Assembly (NCBI GenBank): GCA_963716255.1
Contig: OY970303.1
Location: 1,248,001 to 1,312,000, forward strand
Origin: an uncultured Gemmatimonadales bacterium
GTDB taxonomy: Bacteria > Gemmatimonadota > Gemmatimonadetes > Longimicrobiales > Longimicrobiaceae
Direction of reading: 5' to 3'
DNA length: 64,000 nt
The notes beneath the pieces are model-generated. The model ran no database searches, was not told the DNA's origin, and saw only the letters and a list, made by a program, of their open reading frames with translations. This document shows, piece after piece, positions 1-9,669 of this stretch. Numbering within the stretch: position 1 is the first letter of the stretch; the number at the start of each line of letters is the position of its first letter. The position numbers were made by a program, and so were the translations under genes.

Positions 1-314
1 AGCTTCCCGGCGAGCTGCGCCTGGGCGCGGTTCCAGCTTTCCGCCTTTTCCCGCTCCACCCGCTTGCGGTAGTTGTCGAACTCGGCGGCCAGCCTCAGGT
101 AGCGCTCGCGCGAGGCGGCCAGCTCCGGCTCCGGGGCGCCGCCGGACGCGGCACCCCCGGAAGGCGTGGCTTCGTCGCCGTCCTGCGCCGCGGCCACGTC
201 GGCGTCGGCGAGGCCGTCCGCGCCGGCCTGCGGGCCGGCCTCTCCGTTCTGCTCCCCGGCGGCCGTGGACCCGGCGGCCTGCTCGGCGGTGCCCTCTGCG
301 TCTTGCTTCTTCAT
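1..314 (-). CDS. grpE: Nucleotide exchange factor GrpE (5' part; runs off window start)
   Basis: Manual minus-strand translation from ATG at 314: acidic/Ala-rich N-terminus then RERYLRLAAEFDNYRKRVEREK, the GrpE signature helix. Confidence 0.9.
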   Translation of the reverse strand, partial: MKKQDAEGTAEQAAGSTAAGEQNGEAGPQAGADGLADADVAAAQDGDEATPSGGAASGGAPEPELAASRERYLRLAAEFDNYRKRVEREKAESWNRAQAQLAGK

Positions 315-434
315 CGCGAAAAGGAGGATGGAATCGTCGTGGCATGCGCGCGCGCGCCGGGAGAAGACCGGGGCGCGCGAAAACAGGGGTTCCAGGGGCA
401 ATGCACGTGCCAGCCGCCCCGGCCATTCTGGCAG

Positions 435-1289
435 CTAACCGGGGATGCGGCCGGCCATCCACTCCGCGATCCCCGCCACCACGGTCGCGCGATCCCGCTC
501 GTTCAGCGACTCGTGGCGGAAGCCGGGGAAGCGGCGCACCTCCGCCTCGCCCGCCACGCCCCGGGCGAACGCCTCGGTGGCCTCGGCCAGGACGATGCGG
601 TCGTCCCCCGGCACCACGAGCAGCAGCGGCACGCGGATGCGGTCCCGCCGCTCCACGGCGAGCCGCATGGCGGCCTGGATCTCGGTGTACAGGCGCGGCG
701 TGATCCAGGGGTGCACCAGCGGGTCCGCGCGGTACGCCGCCACGACCGCATCGTCGGCGGACAGGTCGGCGGGGTCGATGCCGTTGGACAGCCGCAGCGC
801 GGGGACCGTTCGCGACAGGAGGCCCGCCAGCGAGGTCTTCCACGCGGGCGGGCGGAGCGCCACCCCCAGCAGCGGCGCGGAAAGCACTGCGCCGGCCCAG
901 CCCGCGCCCGGGTGCTCCTCCAGGTGGCGGATGGCGACCAGCCCGCCCAGCGAGTGGCCCAGCAGGAAGACGGGGAGGCCGGGCGGGAGGCCGGCGGCCA
1001 CGTGGCGGCGGAACGCCTCGAAGTCGTCCACGAGCTCGGCGAAGCGACTGATATGGCCGCGTCTCCCGGGGGAGTGGCCGTGGCCGCGGTGGTCGGGAGC
1101 GTACACGGAAACGCCGCGGGCGATCAGGTCCGCGGCGAGGGTGGAGTAGCGGCCGGCGTGCTCGCCCAGCCCGTGGGCCACCAGGAGCGCGGCGCGCGGC
1201 TCCGGGGCAGTCCAGGCGCGCGCGTGCAGGGGAAGGCCGTCCGCGCCGCGGAAGGTGCCGGCGCTCCCCTCCGCCCCGGCGGCGCCCAC
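435..1289 (-). CDS. Alpha/beta hydrolase, lysophospholipase/monoacylglycerol lipase-like
   Basis: HGLGEH, DHRGHGHS, GHSLGG nucleophile motif, C-terminal HESLNE. Confidence 0.9.
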   Translation of the reverse strand: MGAAGAEGSAGTFRGADGLPLHARAWTAPEPRAALLVAHGLGEHAGRYSTLAADLIARGVSVYAPDHRGHGHSPGRRGHISRFAELVDDFEAFRRHVAAGLPPGLPVFLLGHSLGGLVAIRHLEEHPGAGWAGAVLSAPLLGVALRPPAWKTSLAGLLSRTVPALRLSNGIDPADLSADDAVVAAYRADPLVHPWITPRLYTEIQAAMRLAVERRDRIRVPLLLVVPGDDRIVLAEATEAFARGVAGEAEVRRFPGFRHESLNERDRATVVAGIAEWMAGRIPG

Positions 1290-1290
1290 C

Positions 1291-1923
1291 CTACGGCTTC
1301 CCCAGGTCCAGCGTGCGGAAGCTGCGCATGTACACCACCAGCGAGTAAACGGTGAGGAACACCGCCACCGACAGCGCCACCACCGCGAAGCCGAAGTGGA
1401 ACTTCTGCCAGGCGTCCCACAGCGGGCCGCTCCACCCGTCCTCGCGCGCCTTGCTCTGCAGCGCGTACCAGAGGATCGCCGCGCCGATGGCGAAGTTCTG
1501 GCAGACCGCCTTGTACTTTCCCGCCTTGCCCGCGGCGAGCACCACCCCGCGCCGCGCCGCGTAGCTGCGGAACACGGTGATGAACGCCTCCCGCCCGAAG
1601 ATCACCAGCACGATCCACAGCGGGAACACCCCTCCGAACCAGGGAAAGGGGGCGTCCGGCCGGTCGCTGTGCGAGACCAGGTAGAGCGGGATGAAGGTGG
1701 CGGCGAGGAGCAGCTTGTCCGCGAGAGGGTCCAGCAGCTTGCCCAGGTCGGTGATCAGCCCCTGCGAGCGGGCCAGGTGCCCGTCCCACAGGTCCGAGAA
1801 GGCCGCGACCAGGAAGATGATCCACGCCGCGATGCGCTCCCCGAAGCCGTCCACGAACAGGAGGGGGACGAGGACCAGGGCGAGAACGATCCTGCCGAGG
1901 GTGATCAGATTGGGAAGGTTCAT
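1291..1923 (-). CDS. pgsA: CDP-diacylglycerol--glycerol-3-phosphate 3-phosphatidyltransferase
   Basis: MNLPNLITLGR start; DLWDGHLAR...GKLLDPLADK CDP-alcohol phosphotransferase motif. Confidence 0.9.
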   Translation of the reverse strand: MNLPNLITLGRIVLALVLVPLLFVDGFGERIAAWIIFLVAAFSDLWDGHLARSQGLITDLGKLLDPLADKLLLAATFIPLYLVSHSDRPDAPFPWFGGVFPLWIVLVIFGREAFITVFRSYAARRGVVLAAGKAGKYKAVCQNFAIGAAILWYALQSKAREDGWSGPLWDAWQKFHFGFAVVALSVAVFLTVYSLVVYMRSFRTLDLGKP

Positions 1924-1945
1924 CCCGCGCACCCCGTGGCTCCCC

Positions 1946-2524
1946 TCAGCTCAGCGACTTGATGACCGACTTGCTCACCGCCTTCAGCGTGTCGAACACC
2001 CCGATGCCGCGCACCCCCACCGCCTCGAAGGTGGGGACGCGGCCGGGATTCAGCTGCTCTTCCAGCTCCTGCAGCGAGGAGATGTTGGGGAGGTCCCGCT
2101 TGTTGTACTGGATCACGAAGGGGATCTCCCGCAGGTCCAGCTGGTACTCCGCCAGGTTGTCGTACAGGTTGTGCATGGACTCGATGTTCGCGTCCAGCCG
2201 CTCCACCTGGCTGTCGGCCACGAACACCACCCCGTCCACCCCCTTCAGGATCAGCTTGCGGGAGGCGTTGTAGTACACCTGCCCCGGCACCGTGTACAGG
2301 TGGAAGCGCGTCTTGAAGCCGCGGATGGAGCCCAGGTCCACCGGGAGGAAGTCGAAGAAGAGGGTGCGCTCCGTTTCCGTCGCCAGGGAGATCAGCTTTC
2401 CCCGCGTGTTGGGCGCCACCTTCTCGAAGATGTACTCCAGGTTGGTCGTCTTGCCGCAGAGCCCGGGACCGTAGTAGACGATCTTGCAGTTGATCTCGCG
2501 GGACGCGTAGTTGATCATCGACAT
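1946..2524 (-). CDS. mglA: MglA-family small GTPase
   Basis: [42 protein letters not shown]; closely matches myxobacterial MglA motifs. Confidence 0.95.
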   Translation of the reverse strand: MSMINYASREINCKIVYYGPGLCGKTTNLEYIFEKVAPNTRGKLISLATETERTLFFDFLPVDLGSIRGFKTRFHLYTVPGQVYYNASRKLILKGVDGVVFVADSQVERLDANIESMHNLYDNLAEYQLDLREIPFVIQYNKRDLPNISSLQELEEQLNPGRVPTFEAVGVRGIGVFDTLKAVSKSVIKSLS

Positions 2525-2536
2525 GGCCGGTTCCTC

Positions 2537-3037
2537 CTAGAGATCCCCGAAAAGGCGGTCGATCTCGTCCTCGGCTTCGTCGACGAACGACGTTTCCAGG
2601 TGCGGGCGGGACTGGCTGGATGCATACCGGTCGAACATCTCCTGAAAGATCCCGCTCAGCTCGCGGACCACGTTCTTCACCTTGACCCGCACCATCCCCA
2701 GCGTGGTGCGGTTGTCGAACAGAACCACCAGGATCACCCGCTTCGCCACGTCCGCCAGGTACATGGACTCCTTCTCCCCCTGGTGGAAGAGCGAGGAGAA
2801 CTCGTTCTCGCCGATCATGGCGGCGAGCTGGTCGTTGGCGGAAAAGTCCGCGGCCGCCAGCGAGGCGAAGGCCACCGAGTCGAACTCCGGCTGCTCGCCC
2901 ACCGTGGCGACGAGCTGCCCGGTGCGGTCCACCAGCAGGGTGCAGCGCACGTTGGACTCGTACAGGAAGCCCTGGAGGAGGCGCTCGATCCGGTGGAAGT
3001 CGCGCTCCTCGAAGGACCAGCTCGCGGCGCCGGCCAT
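2537..3037 (-). CDS. mglB: MglB roadblock/LC7 protein (GAP of MglA)
   Basis: Roadblock pattern LLVDRTGQL...LAAMIGENEFSSLFHQGE; C-terminal EDEIDRLF; directly upstream of mglA. Confidence 0.9.
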   Translation of the reverse strand: MAGAASWSFEERDFHRIERLLQGFLYESNVRCTLLVDRTGQLVATVGEQPEFDSVAFASLAAADFSANDQLAAMIGENEFSSLFHQGEKESMYLADVAKRVILVVLFDNRTTLGMVRVKVKNVVRELSGIFQEMFDRYASSQSRPHLETSFVDEAEDEIDRLFGDL

Positions 3038-3351
3038 CAGCGTGCCTCCAGGGGGACGGGCCGGGTGGCGAGGGTGTCCTCCATGCGCGCCAGCAGCGCG
3101 GAGGCGCGGCGGCGCAGCAGCGGGCGCGCCTCCCAGGCGATGAAGTCGCGCAGCAGGAGGACGGTGTCGATGTTCGCCGGCCGGCCGCCCAGGTACCCGA
3201 GCGCGGCCAGGCGCCGCAGCGGGTGCGGGCTGAACAGGTCGCGCTGGTGGCGGCTGAGCTGGTCGCGCACGAGGAGCGCGCCCAGCGCCGCGGCCGCGGC
3301 GACCGCCAGGATGGTGAAACCGGTGGTTCGCAGGATCTGCCTGGTTTCCAT
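3037..3351 (-). CDS. Small membrane-anchored hypothetical protein
   Basis: One TM segment (FTILAVAAAAALGALLV) and a short helical tail; stop overlaps the mglB start. Confidence 0.65.
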   Translation of the reverse strand: METRQILRTTGFTILAVAAAAALGALLVRDQLSRHQRDLFSPHPLRRLAALGYLGGRPANIDTVLLLRDFIAWEARPLLRRRASALLARMEDTLATRPVPLEAR

Positions 3352-3445
3352 ACGCCCGGTGTAGATCGGCACGGAGCTGGCTTCGGATGTCGGAGACAAG
3401 CTAACGAATGGTGGGGCGCGGGGAAATGGCGCGCCGCCCGCGGCC

Positions 3446-4036
3446 CTACATCTCGCGGCGGGCGTTCAGCGCTTCGGCGATGGTGACCCCGTCCGCGTAC
3501 TCCAGGTCGCCGCCGATGGGGAGCCCCCGCGCGATGCGGGTGACCCGCATCCCCAGGGGAGAGATGAGCTTGTGCAGGTACAGCGCGGTCGCTTCGCCCT
3601 CCACGGAGGGGTTGGTGGCGACCACCACCTCGCGCACCAGCGAGCCGGCGCCCAGGCGCGCCAGCAGCGCCTCGATGTTGAGCTCCGCCGGGCCCACCCC
3701 GTCCAGCGGCGACAGGTGCCCGCCCAGCACGTGGTACGTCCCGCGGAACTCGCCCGTGCGCTCGATGGCGGTGACGTCGGACGCCTCCTCCACCACGCAC
3801 AGCGTGGCCGCGTCGCGGCGCGGGCTCTCGCAGATGGCGCAGGTCTCGCGCTCCGACAGGTTGCCGCAGCGCGAGCACGCGCGCACCCGCTCGCGCACGG
3901 CGACGATGGCCCGGGCGAGGCGATGGGCCTCCTCGGGGGGAGCCTTGAGCAGGTGGAAGGTGAGCCGCAGCGCCGTCTTCCGGCCGATGCCGGGGAGGCG
4001 GGACAGCTCGCCCGCCAGGTCGTCGATGACCGACAA
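3446..4036 (-). CDS. recR: Recombination mediator RecR
   Basis: HhH LPGIGRKTA, C4 zinc finger CSRCGN..CAIC, Toprim ATNPSVEGEATA. Confidence 0.97.
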   Translation of the reverse strand: MSVIDDLAGELSRLPGIGRKTALRLTFHLLKAPPEEAHRLARAIVAVRERVRACSRCGNLSERETCAICESPRRDAATLCVVEEASDVTAIERTGEFRGTYHVLGGHLSPLDGVGPAELNIEALLARLGAGSLVREVVVATNPSVEGEATALYLHKLISPLGMRVTRIARGLPIGGDLEYADGVTIAEALNARREM

Positions 4037-4054
4037 TCCGGGATCCCGCCGCGC

Positions 4055-4384
4055 TTACAGGTCGGGGAGCTGGAACGGCATCGGGAACCCGCCCGACAGC
4101 TTCCGCACCTCCTCCTCGTACAGCTGCTGGGCGCGGTTCTGCGCCTCGGACACGGCCGCCAGGACCAGGTCCTCCAGCATCTCCACGTCGCCACCCTGCA
4201 CCACGCTGGGGTCGATCTTGAGCCCGCGGATGCGGCCCTTGCCGTCGGCGGTGGCGGTCACCATCCCGCCCCCGCTGGAGGAGGAGACGGTCTTCTGCCC
4301 CAGCTCGCTCTGGAGCTGGGTGAGGCGGGCCTGGACCTGCTGGCCCATCTCCAGGATCTGCTGGAAATTGTTCATCTCTGCCAT
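4055..4384 (-). CDS. ybaB: YbaB/EbfC nucleoid-associated protein
   Basis: SGGGMVTATADG...DVEMLEDLVLAAVSEA; lies between dnaX and recR. Confidence 0.93.
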   Translation of the reverse strand: MAEMNNFQQILEMGQQVQARLTQLQSELGQKTVSSSSGGGMVTATADGKGRIRGLKIDPSVVQGGDVEMLEDLVLAAVSEAQNRAQQLYEEEVRKLSGGFPMPFQLPDL

Positions 4385-4478
4385 GAAGCCACGGGGCTGA
4401 AAGTCGCGCAAAATAGGGACGGGCGCGCACCGCCCGCAAGTGACGGACCGCAGGGTCCGGCGGCGGCGTGCGCGCCCC

Positions 4479-6389
4479 TCAATCGACCAGCTCGAGGTCC
4501 CACTCCTGTACCGCGACGGCAAGCAGGGGTTCCTCCTCGGTGAGGCGCCGCAGACGGTCGCGCCGGGCGCTCTCCGCGGTGATCCGCCCCGTGCCGGTAC
4601 CGCCGCCGCCCCCCCCGGCGTCCTGCTGCCCCTGCGCGAACGCCAGCGACACCCGCCGCCCCAGCCGCCGCCCCAGCGCCTCCTCCAGCGGCCTGCGCGC
4701 CGCGGGCGCGGAGAGCCGGTCCAGCACCGGCGACGCCGGCGGGACCGTGACGCGCACCTCGCCGCCCGGGCCGGGGGAAACCTGCGCGGGCTTGAGGAAG
4801 AGCGACATCCCCGGCGGGATCCCCTCGCCGTCCTCCACCAGCGACCTCCACGCGCGGCGCAGATTCACCGGGTCCAGCGGCCCCTCGTCCGCCGGCGGCG
4901 GCTCGGGCGCGGCGGCAGGAGTCCCGGCGGCCGGCGCGGCGGCTGGCGCGGGCTCCGGGGCGGGCGCCCGGACGGCCGGCGGCACGGCGGGCGTCATCTC
5001 GGGCGCTTCCGCCACGGCCCGCGGGGCCGGTACCGCCGCCGCGTCGGGCTCCGGCGCCGGGGGCGCCGCGACAGCCGCGGGCGAAGGCCGCGGCGCCGGC
5101 GGCGCCGGGCGCTGCGAGGGCGGCGCGGAGGGAGCGGCCTGGGCCGAAGGCGGAGCGACGGGGTTGCGGCGGACGGGCGGGGCCTCAGCGGCCGCCCGCC
5201 CGCCCGACCCGTTTCCCGGTGGCGCGGCGGAGGCCCCGCCGTTGCCGGCCACGGCGGCGAGCACCTCCTCCAGGGTGACGGTGCGCTCCAGGTAGGCGAA
5301 GCGCAGCAGGAGCAGCTCGATCAGGATCCGCTGCTCGCCGCTCTTGCGGAAGCGCCCGTCCGCGTCCAGCTCGGCCACCTGCGCGAGCATCCGCAGCAGG
5401 TCGCCCGCCGCGAACTCCCCGGCCCGCGCCGCCATCACCCCGCGCAGGTCGTCGCGCACCTCGGCCGCGTCGGCGCCCTCCAGCTTGACGATGAGGAGCG
5501 CGCGGATGAAGTCGGCCAGCCCGCGGTAGAACTCGGTGAAGTCGTACCCCTCCTCCAGCAGCCGCGCCACGAAGCGGAACACGTCCGCGTGGCGCCGCTC
5601 GGCGATGACGTCGAACAATTCCAGGTACAGCTCGCTCCCCACCAGCCCCAGCACGCGCCGCACGTCCTCGGCGGTGGGCGTCCCCTCGGTGAAGGAAAGC
5701 ACCTGGTCCAGCAGCGACAGGGCGTCGCGCATCCCCCCGTCCGCCTTCTGGGCGATGGGGAGGAGCACCTCGTCGGCGGCCTGGATCCCCTCCGCGGCGA
5801 GCACCTCGCGCAGCCGCCGCACCAGGTCGGTGGTACCGATGCGCCGGAAGTCGAAGCGCTGGCAGCGCGACAGGATGGGCGGCGCGGCCTGCTGGATCTT
5901 CTGCGGCTCGGTGGTGGCGAACACGAAGATCACCCGCGGGGGCGGCTCCTCCAGGATCTTGAGGAGGGCGTTCCACGCCTCGCGGGTGAGCATGTGCGCC
6001 TCGTCGATGATGTAGACCTTGAAGCGGTCTTCCTCGGACGGGGAGTACATGGCCCGCTCGCGCAGGTCGCGAGCGTCGTCCACGCCGCGGTTGGAGGCGG
6101 CGTCGATCTCCACCACGTCCAGCGAGGTGCGGCCCGCCCAGATCTTCTGGCACGAGTCGCAGACACCGCACGGCTCGCCGTCCGCGCCCCGGTCGGCGCA
6201 GTTCAGGGCCATGGCCAGCACGCGCGCCAGCGTGGTCTTTCCCACCCCGCGCGGTCCGCAGAACAGGTACGCGTGGGCAACTCGGTCGCGCTGGACGGCC
6301 GCCCGGAGCGTCTCGGAGACGTGCTCCTGGGTGGCGACCTCCGCGAAGGTGCGCGGCCGGTAAGTGCGGGCGAGGGCGGTGCGCGACAC
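4479..6389 (-). CDS. dnaX: DNA polymerase III subunit gamma/tau
   Basis: LARTYRP, GPRGVGKTT Walker A, CGVCDSC, EIDAAS, IIDEAHML, SRC motif; Pro/Ala-rich linker; GTG start chosen at 6389. Confidence 0.96.
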   Translation of the reverse strand: MSRTALARTYRPRTFAEVATQEHVSETLRAAVQRDRVAHAYLFCGPRGVGKTTLARVLAMALNCADRGADGEPCGVCDSCQKIWAGRTSLDVVEIDAASNRGVDDARDLRERAMYSPSEEDRFKVYIIDEAHMLTREAWNALLKILEEPPPRVIFVFATTEPQKIQQAAPPILSRCQRFDFRRIGTTDLVRRLREVLAAEGIQAADEVLLPIAQKADGGMRDALSLLDQVLSFTEGTPTAEDVRRVLGLVGSELYLELFDVIAERRHADVFRFVARLLEEGYDFTEFYRGLADFIRALLIVKLEGADAAEVRDDLRGVMAARAGEFAAGDLLRMLAQVAELDADGRFRKSGEQRILIELLLLRFAYLERTVTLEEVLAAVAGNGGASAAPPGNGSGGRAAAEAPPVRRNPVAPPSAQAAPSAPPSQRPAPPAPRPSPAAVAAPPAPEPDAAAVPAPRAVAEAPEMTPAVPPAVRAPAPEPAPAAAPAAGTPAAAPEPPPADEGPLDPVNLRRAWRSLVEDGEGIPPGMSLFLKPAQVSPGPGGEVRVTVPPASPVLDRLSAPAARRPLEEALGRRLGRRVSLAFAQGQQDAGGGGGGTGTGRITAESARRDRLRRLTEEEPLLAVAVQEWDLELVD

Positions 6390-6504
6390 TGCGGTGACGT
6401 TGCGGGAGAAGGAGGGCACGGGACTGTGGTCCTACGTGGGTTGAAACCTAATATACTACCCGGGGGAAGGTCCGTCCAAAAACGATGGAACGGCTTTGAA
6501 GGAC

Positions 6505-6639
6505 GGGTTCGGGCGTGCCCCCGGCTGGCGCCGGGGTCGGGCTTCGGCTCCGTAAGCCCGCAAACAACGCGGGCTAACGGAGTCGAGCCCCGCGAAACTG
6601 CCCGCGGGTCTCGCCCCTTCGGGCCGTAATCCCTCACGC
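6505..6639 (+). repeat. Interspersed structured repeat family A, copy 1
   Basis: GGGTTCGGGCGTG...ATCCCTCACGC, ~135 nt, several hairpins; seven further copies in the window. Confidence 0.93.
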
Positions 6640-6737
6640 AGGTCCCGCACTGGCGTCCGCTGGCACGTGTCCGTTTCCGCCTCGGAAACGCGCATCTCCT
6701 ATCCGGACGGCCTGCGACAACTCAACCACCAACCGCC

Positions 6738-7781
6738 ATGCGTATCACCGCGCTGCTGCTCGCCCTCGTCCTGCTGCTCCCCGTCGCCTCGCCCGCCCAG
6801 GACGGGCGCCTGCGGGTGACGCTGGTGGCCGACGAGCCGGAGGCGGTGCTCGCCATCCTCGCGCACCGCAGCGGAGGCTCGGCACCGACCGAGGCGGACT
6901 GGGGGCGGCTGTTCGCCAGCGAGGGGTACGTGCGCCTCCGGCAGCGCGAGAAGGGGATGGGGCGGGCGTTCACGGACTCGGCGTTCCGGGCGTTCGTGCG
7001 CTCGCCGGAGCTCGTGGCGCGCGAACCGGCGCTCCGCGCCACCCTGGACGCGTGGCGCGGGGCGGACCTCACGGCGGCCGCGCGGCGCGCCTTCGCCTAC
7101 CTGCCCCCGGGCGCGACGATCCAGGCCAGGGTCTACCCGTCCATCAAGCCCAGGACCAACTCCTTCGTCTGGGAGGCGCGGACGGACCCGGCGATCGTCC
7201 TGTACCTGGACCCCGCGCTGCCCGCCGCGAAGTTCGAGAACACCGTGGCCCACGAGCTCCACCACGTGGGCGTGGGGAGCGCGTGCCCGGCGGACCCGGA
7301 CTCGACGCTGCCGGCCGGGCTGCGGAGCGCGCTGACGTGGATGGGCGGCTTCGCCGAAGGGCGCGCCGTGCTCGCCGCCGCGGGCGGCCCGGACGCGCAC
7401 CCGCACGCCGCGAGCGATTCCGCGGAGCGCGCCGTGTGGGAGCGCGACCTGGCCCACGCCGAGCGCGACGTGCGGCGGATGGAGGCCTTCTTCCTGGAGC
7501 TGCTGGACGGGAGGGTGCCGGAGGAGCAGCAGACGCCGCGGGGGATGGCGTTCATCGCCACGGACAGCGTGCCGCAGGGACCCTTCTACACGGTGGGGTG
7601 GCTGATGGCGTCTACCGTGGAGCGGCGGCTGGGGCGGGAGCGGCTGGTGGCATCGCTCTGCGACCCGCGCGCCTTCCTGGCGGACTACCAGCGGGCGGCG
7701 CGGGAGGCGAACCGAACCGACGGGACGCCGCTGCCGCTCTGGTCGGACGGGCTGCTGCGGAGGATCGGCGCGGACACCTGA
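6738..7781 (+). CDS. Secreted putative Zn-dependent protease (DUF5700/DUF2268-like)
   Basis: Sec signal (…ASPA-Q), HELHH zincin motif, downstream EG motif, FYTVGWLMA. Confidence 0.75.
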   Translation: MRITALLLALVLLLPVASPAQDGRLRVTLVADEPEAVLAILAHRSGGSAPTEADWGRLFASEGYVRLRQREKGMGRAFTDSAFRAFVRSPELVAREPALRATLDAWRGADLTAAARRAFAYLPPGATIQARVYPSIKPRTNSFVWEARTDPAIVLYLDPALPAAKFENTVAHELHHVGVGSACPADPDSTLPAGLRSALTWMGGFAEGRAVLAAAGGPDAHPHAASDSAERAVWERDLAHAERDVRRMEAFFLELLDGRVPEEQQTPRGMAFIATDSVPQGPFYTVGWLMASTVERRLGRERLVASLCDPRAFLADYQRAAREANRTDGTPLPLWSDGLLRRIGADT

Positions 7782-7875
7782 AGTCCCGGCGCTGTCCCGC
7801 CGTGCGCGGACGAACGATGGCCGGCGCGGGGATCCGGAGGGTAAACGGCGTAACGTCACCGCCGAGAAAGCCGTC

Positions 7876-8010
7876 GCGTGAGGGATTTCGGCCCGAAGGG
7901 GCGAGACCCCGCGGCAGTTTGCGGGGGCTCGACTCCGTTAGCCCGCGTTGTTTGCGGGCTTACGGAGCCGAAGCCCGACCCCGGCGCCAGCCGGGGGCAC
8001 GCCCGAACCC
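7876..8010 (-). repeat. Repeat family A, copy 2 (inverted)
   Basis: Near-identical reverse complement of copy 1. Confidence 0.93.
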
Positions 8011-8030
8011 ACCTCACGCAGTCGTTTCAA

Positions 8031-8417
8031 TCACATCCGCCAGGCGTCCTCCACGTGCTCCACGACGGGCTCCCCTCCCCCGCCCACCAGCACCGCCACC
8101 GCGTCGAACCTGTACACGTCCCCACCACGACCGTGACGGTCGATCCACGCCTGCGCCACCTGCCCGATCTCGCGCCGCTTCTTCCAGGTGATCGCCTCCA
8201 GCGGGTGCCCGTAGCCCCGCCCGCCGCGCGTCTTCACCTCCACGAACGCGACGACCTCGCCGCGGCGCGCGACGAGGTCGATCTCCTTGCGGCCCAGGCG
8301 GAAATTTCGGTCCAGCACCGTCCAGCCCCGCTCCGCGAGGTGGCGGGCGGCGATCTGCTCGCCGCGGTCGCCGAGCGGCTTGGTGGCCCGGCGCGGCGGG
8401 CGGAGCGGCTCCTCCAC
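8031..8417 (-). CDS. yraN: YraN family endonuclease-like protein (UPF0102)
   Basis: GDRGEQIAA, NFRLGRKEIDLVA, FVEVKTR, YRFDAVAV. Confidence 0.92.
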   Translation of the reverse strand: MEEPLRPPRRATKPLGDRGEQIAARHLAERGWTVLDRNFRLGRKEIDLVARRGEVVAFVEVKTRGGRGYGHPLEAITWKKRREIGQVAQAWIDRHGRGGDVYRFDAVAVLVGGGGEPVVEHVEDAWRM

Positions 8418-8429
8418 CCTGCCCGCCGG

Positions 8430-9479
8430 TCAGCGCGCGCCGGCCGGGGCCAGCGCGGGCGACAGCGTCCGGCCGATGGCCTGGGCGATGAGCGCGATCT
8501 GCTCCATCAGCTCGCCGAACTGCTCCGGGTAGAGCGACTGGGCGCCGTCGGAAAGGGCGCGCTCCGGCTCCGGGTGCACCTCCACCATCAGCCCGTCGGC
8601 GCCGGCGGCCACGGCGGCGCGCGCCATGGGGATCACCTTGGCACGTACGCCCGTGCCGTGGCTGGGATCGGCGATGATGGGGAGGTGCGAGAGGCCCTTG
8701 ACCACCGGGATGGCGGTGAGGTCCAGGAGGTTGCGGGTCTGCTGCGAGTCGAAGCCGCGCACCCCGCGCTCGCACAGGATCACCTGCCGGTTCCCCTCGG
8801 CGAGGATGTACTCGGCGGACATCAGGAACTCGGTGATGGTGGCCGACATCCCGCGCTTGAGCAGGACCGGCTTGCCGGCGCGCCCGGCGAGGCGCAGCAG
8901 CGAGAAGTTCTGCATGTTGCGCGCGCCGATCTGGATGATGTCGGCGTACTTCGCCACCAGCGCCAGGCTCTCCGGGTCTATGGCCTCGGTGACGATCGCC
9001 ATCCCCGTCTCCTCGCGGGCCGCGGCCAGCAGCTTCAGTCCTTCCTCGCCCATCCCCTGGAACGAGTACGGCGAGGTGCGCGGCTTGAAGGCGCCGCCGC
9101 GGAGGACGGTGGCGCCGGCGTCGCGGAGGCGCTGCGCGATGCCGATGATCTGCGCCGCGGACTCCACCGAGCACGGCCCGGCCATCACCGCCACCTCGTC
9201 GCCGCCGATGCGCGTGCCGTTCGCCAGCTCCACGATGGTGGGCTCGGGCGACCACTCGCGCGACACCTGCTTGTACGGCTGGGAAACGTGGATGACCTGG
9301 AGCACCCCGGAGAGCGCCTCGATGCGGTCCGCCGGCACCTTGCCGTCGTTGCCGATCAGCCCCACCGCGGTACGCTGCTTCCCGGGGATGGGGCGCGCCT
9401 CGTAGCCGAGGTCGTGTATGGTCTCCACGACACCCCGGACGTCCTCCTCGGTGGCGTCGTGACGCATGACGACGAGCAT
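8430..9479 (-). CDS. aroF: 3-deoxy-7-phosphoheptulonate (DAHP) synthase, type Ibeta with N-terminal regulatory domain
   Basis: AGPCSVES, GGAFKPRTSPYSFQG, IGARNMQN, DPSHGTG. Confidence 0.95.
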   Translation of the reverse strand: MLVVMRHDATEEDVRGVVETIHDLGYEARPIPGKQRTAVGLIGNDGKVPADRIEALSGVLQVIHVSQPYKQVSREWSPEPTIVELANGTRIGGDEVAVMAGPCSVESAAQIIGIAQRLRDAGATVLRGGAFKPRTSPYSFQGMGEEGLKLLAAAREETGMAIVTEAIDPESLALVAKYADIIQIGARNMQNFSLLRLAGRAGKPVLLKRGMSATITEFLMSAEYILAEGNRQVILCERGVRGFDSQQTRNLLDLTAIPVVKGLSHLPIIADPSHGTGVRAKVIPMARAAVAAGADGLMVEVHPEPERALSDGAQSLYPEQFGELMEQIALIAQAIGRTLSPALAPAGAR

Positions 9480-9669
9480 TTATCGCTGTGTGCTGCGGGA
9501 AGTCGGGCTCGTTTATACCTGTAGGAAGTATAGCATCCGGCGCTGGCGGGGTGAAGTACAGGGGCGGGCAGCCGGCCCCGGCCGAATCTACAACATACTT
9601 GACGACAGCTTATGACGAGACAATCATGTGTCACCCGGTTTCTTTCACACCCTGATCGGAAAGGACCCC
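9480..9669. promoter_or_regulatory. Lower-GC divergent promoter region between aroF and the peptide array
   Basis: Extended -10-like TGCTATACT on minus strand (9527-9535); TTGACG at 9599 and a TGACGA direct repeat (9600, 9613) on plus strand. Confidence 0.45.

Noticed and set aside
4479..6389. Programmed frameshift or slippage site in dnaX
   Set aside because: No A-AAA-AAG or poly-A/T tract seen in the coding strand
6390..6737. SRP RNA (ffs) or tRNA upstream of dnaX
   Set aside because: No SRP domain IV or tRNA cloverleaf signature found; the region is occupied by repeat A
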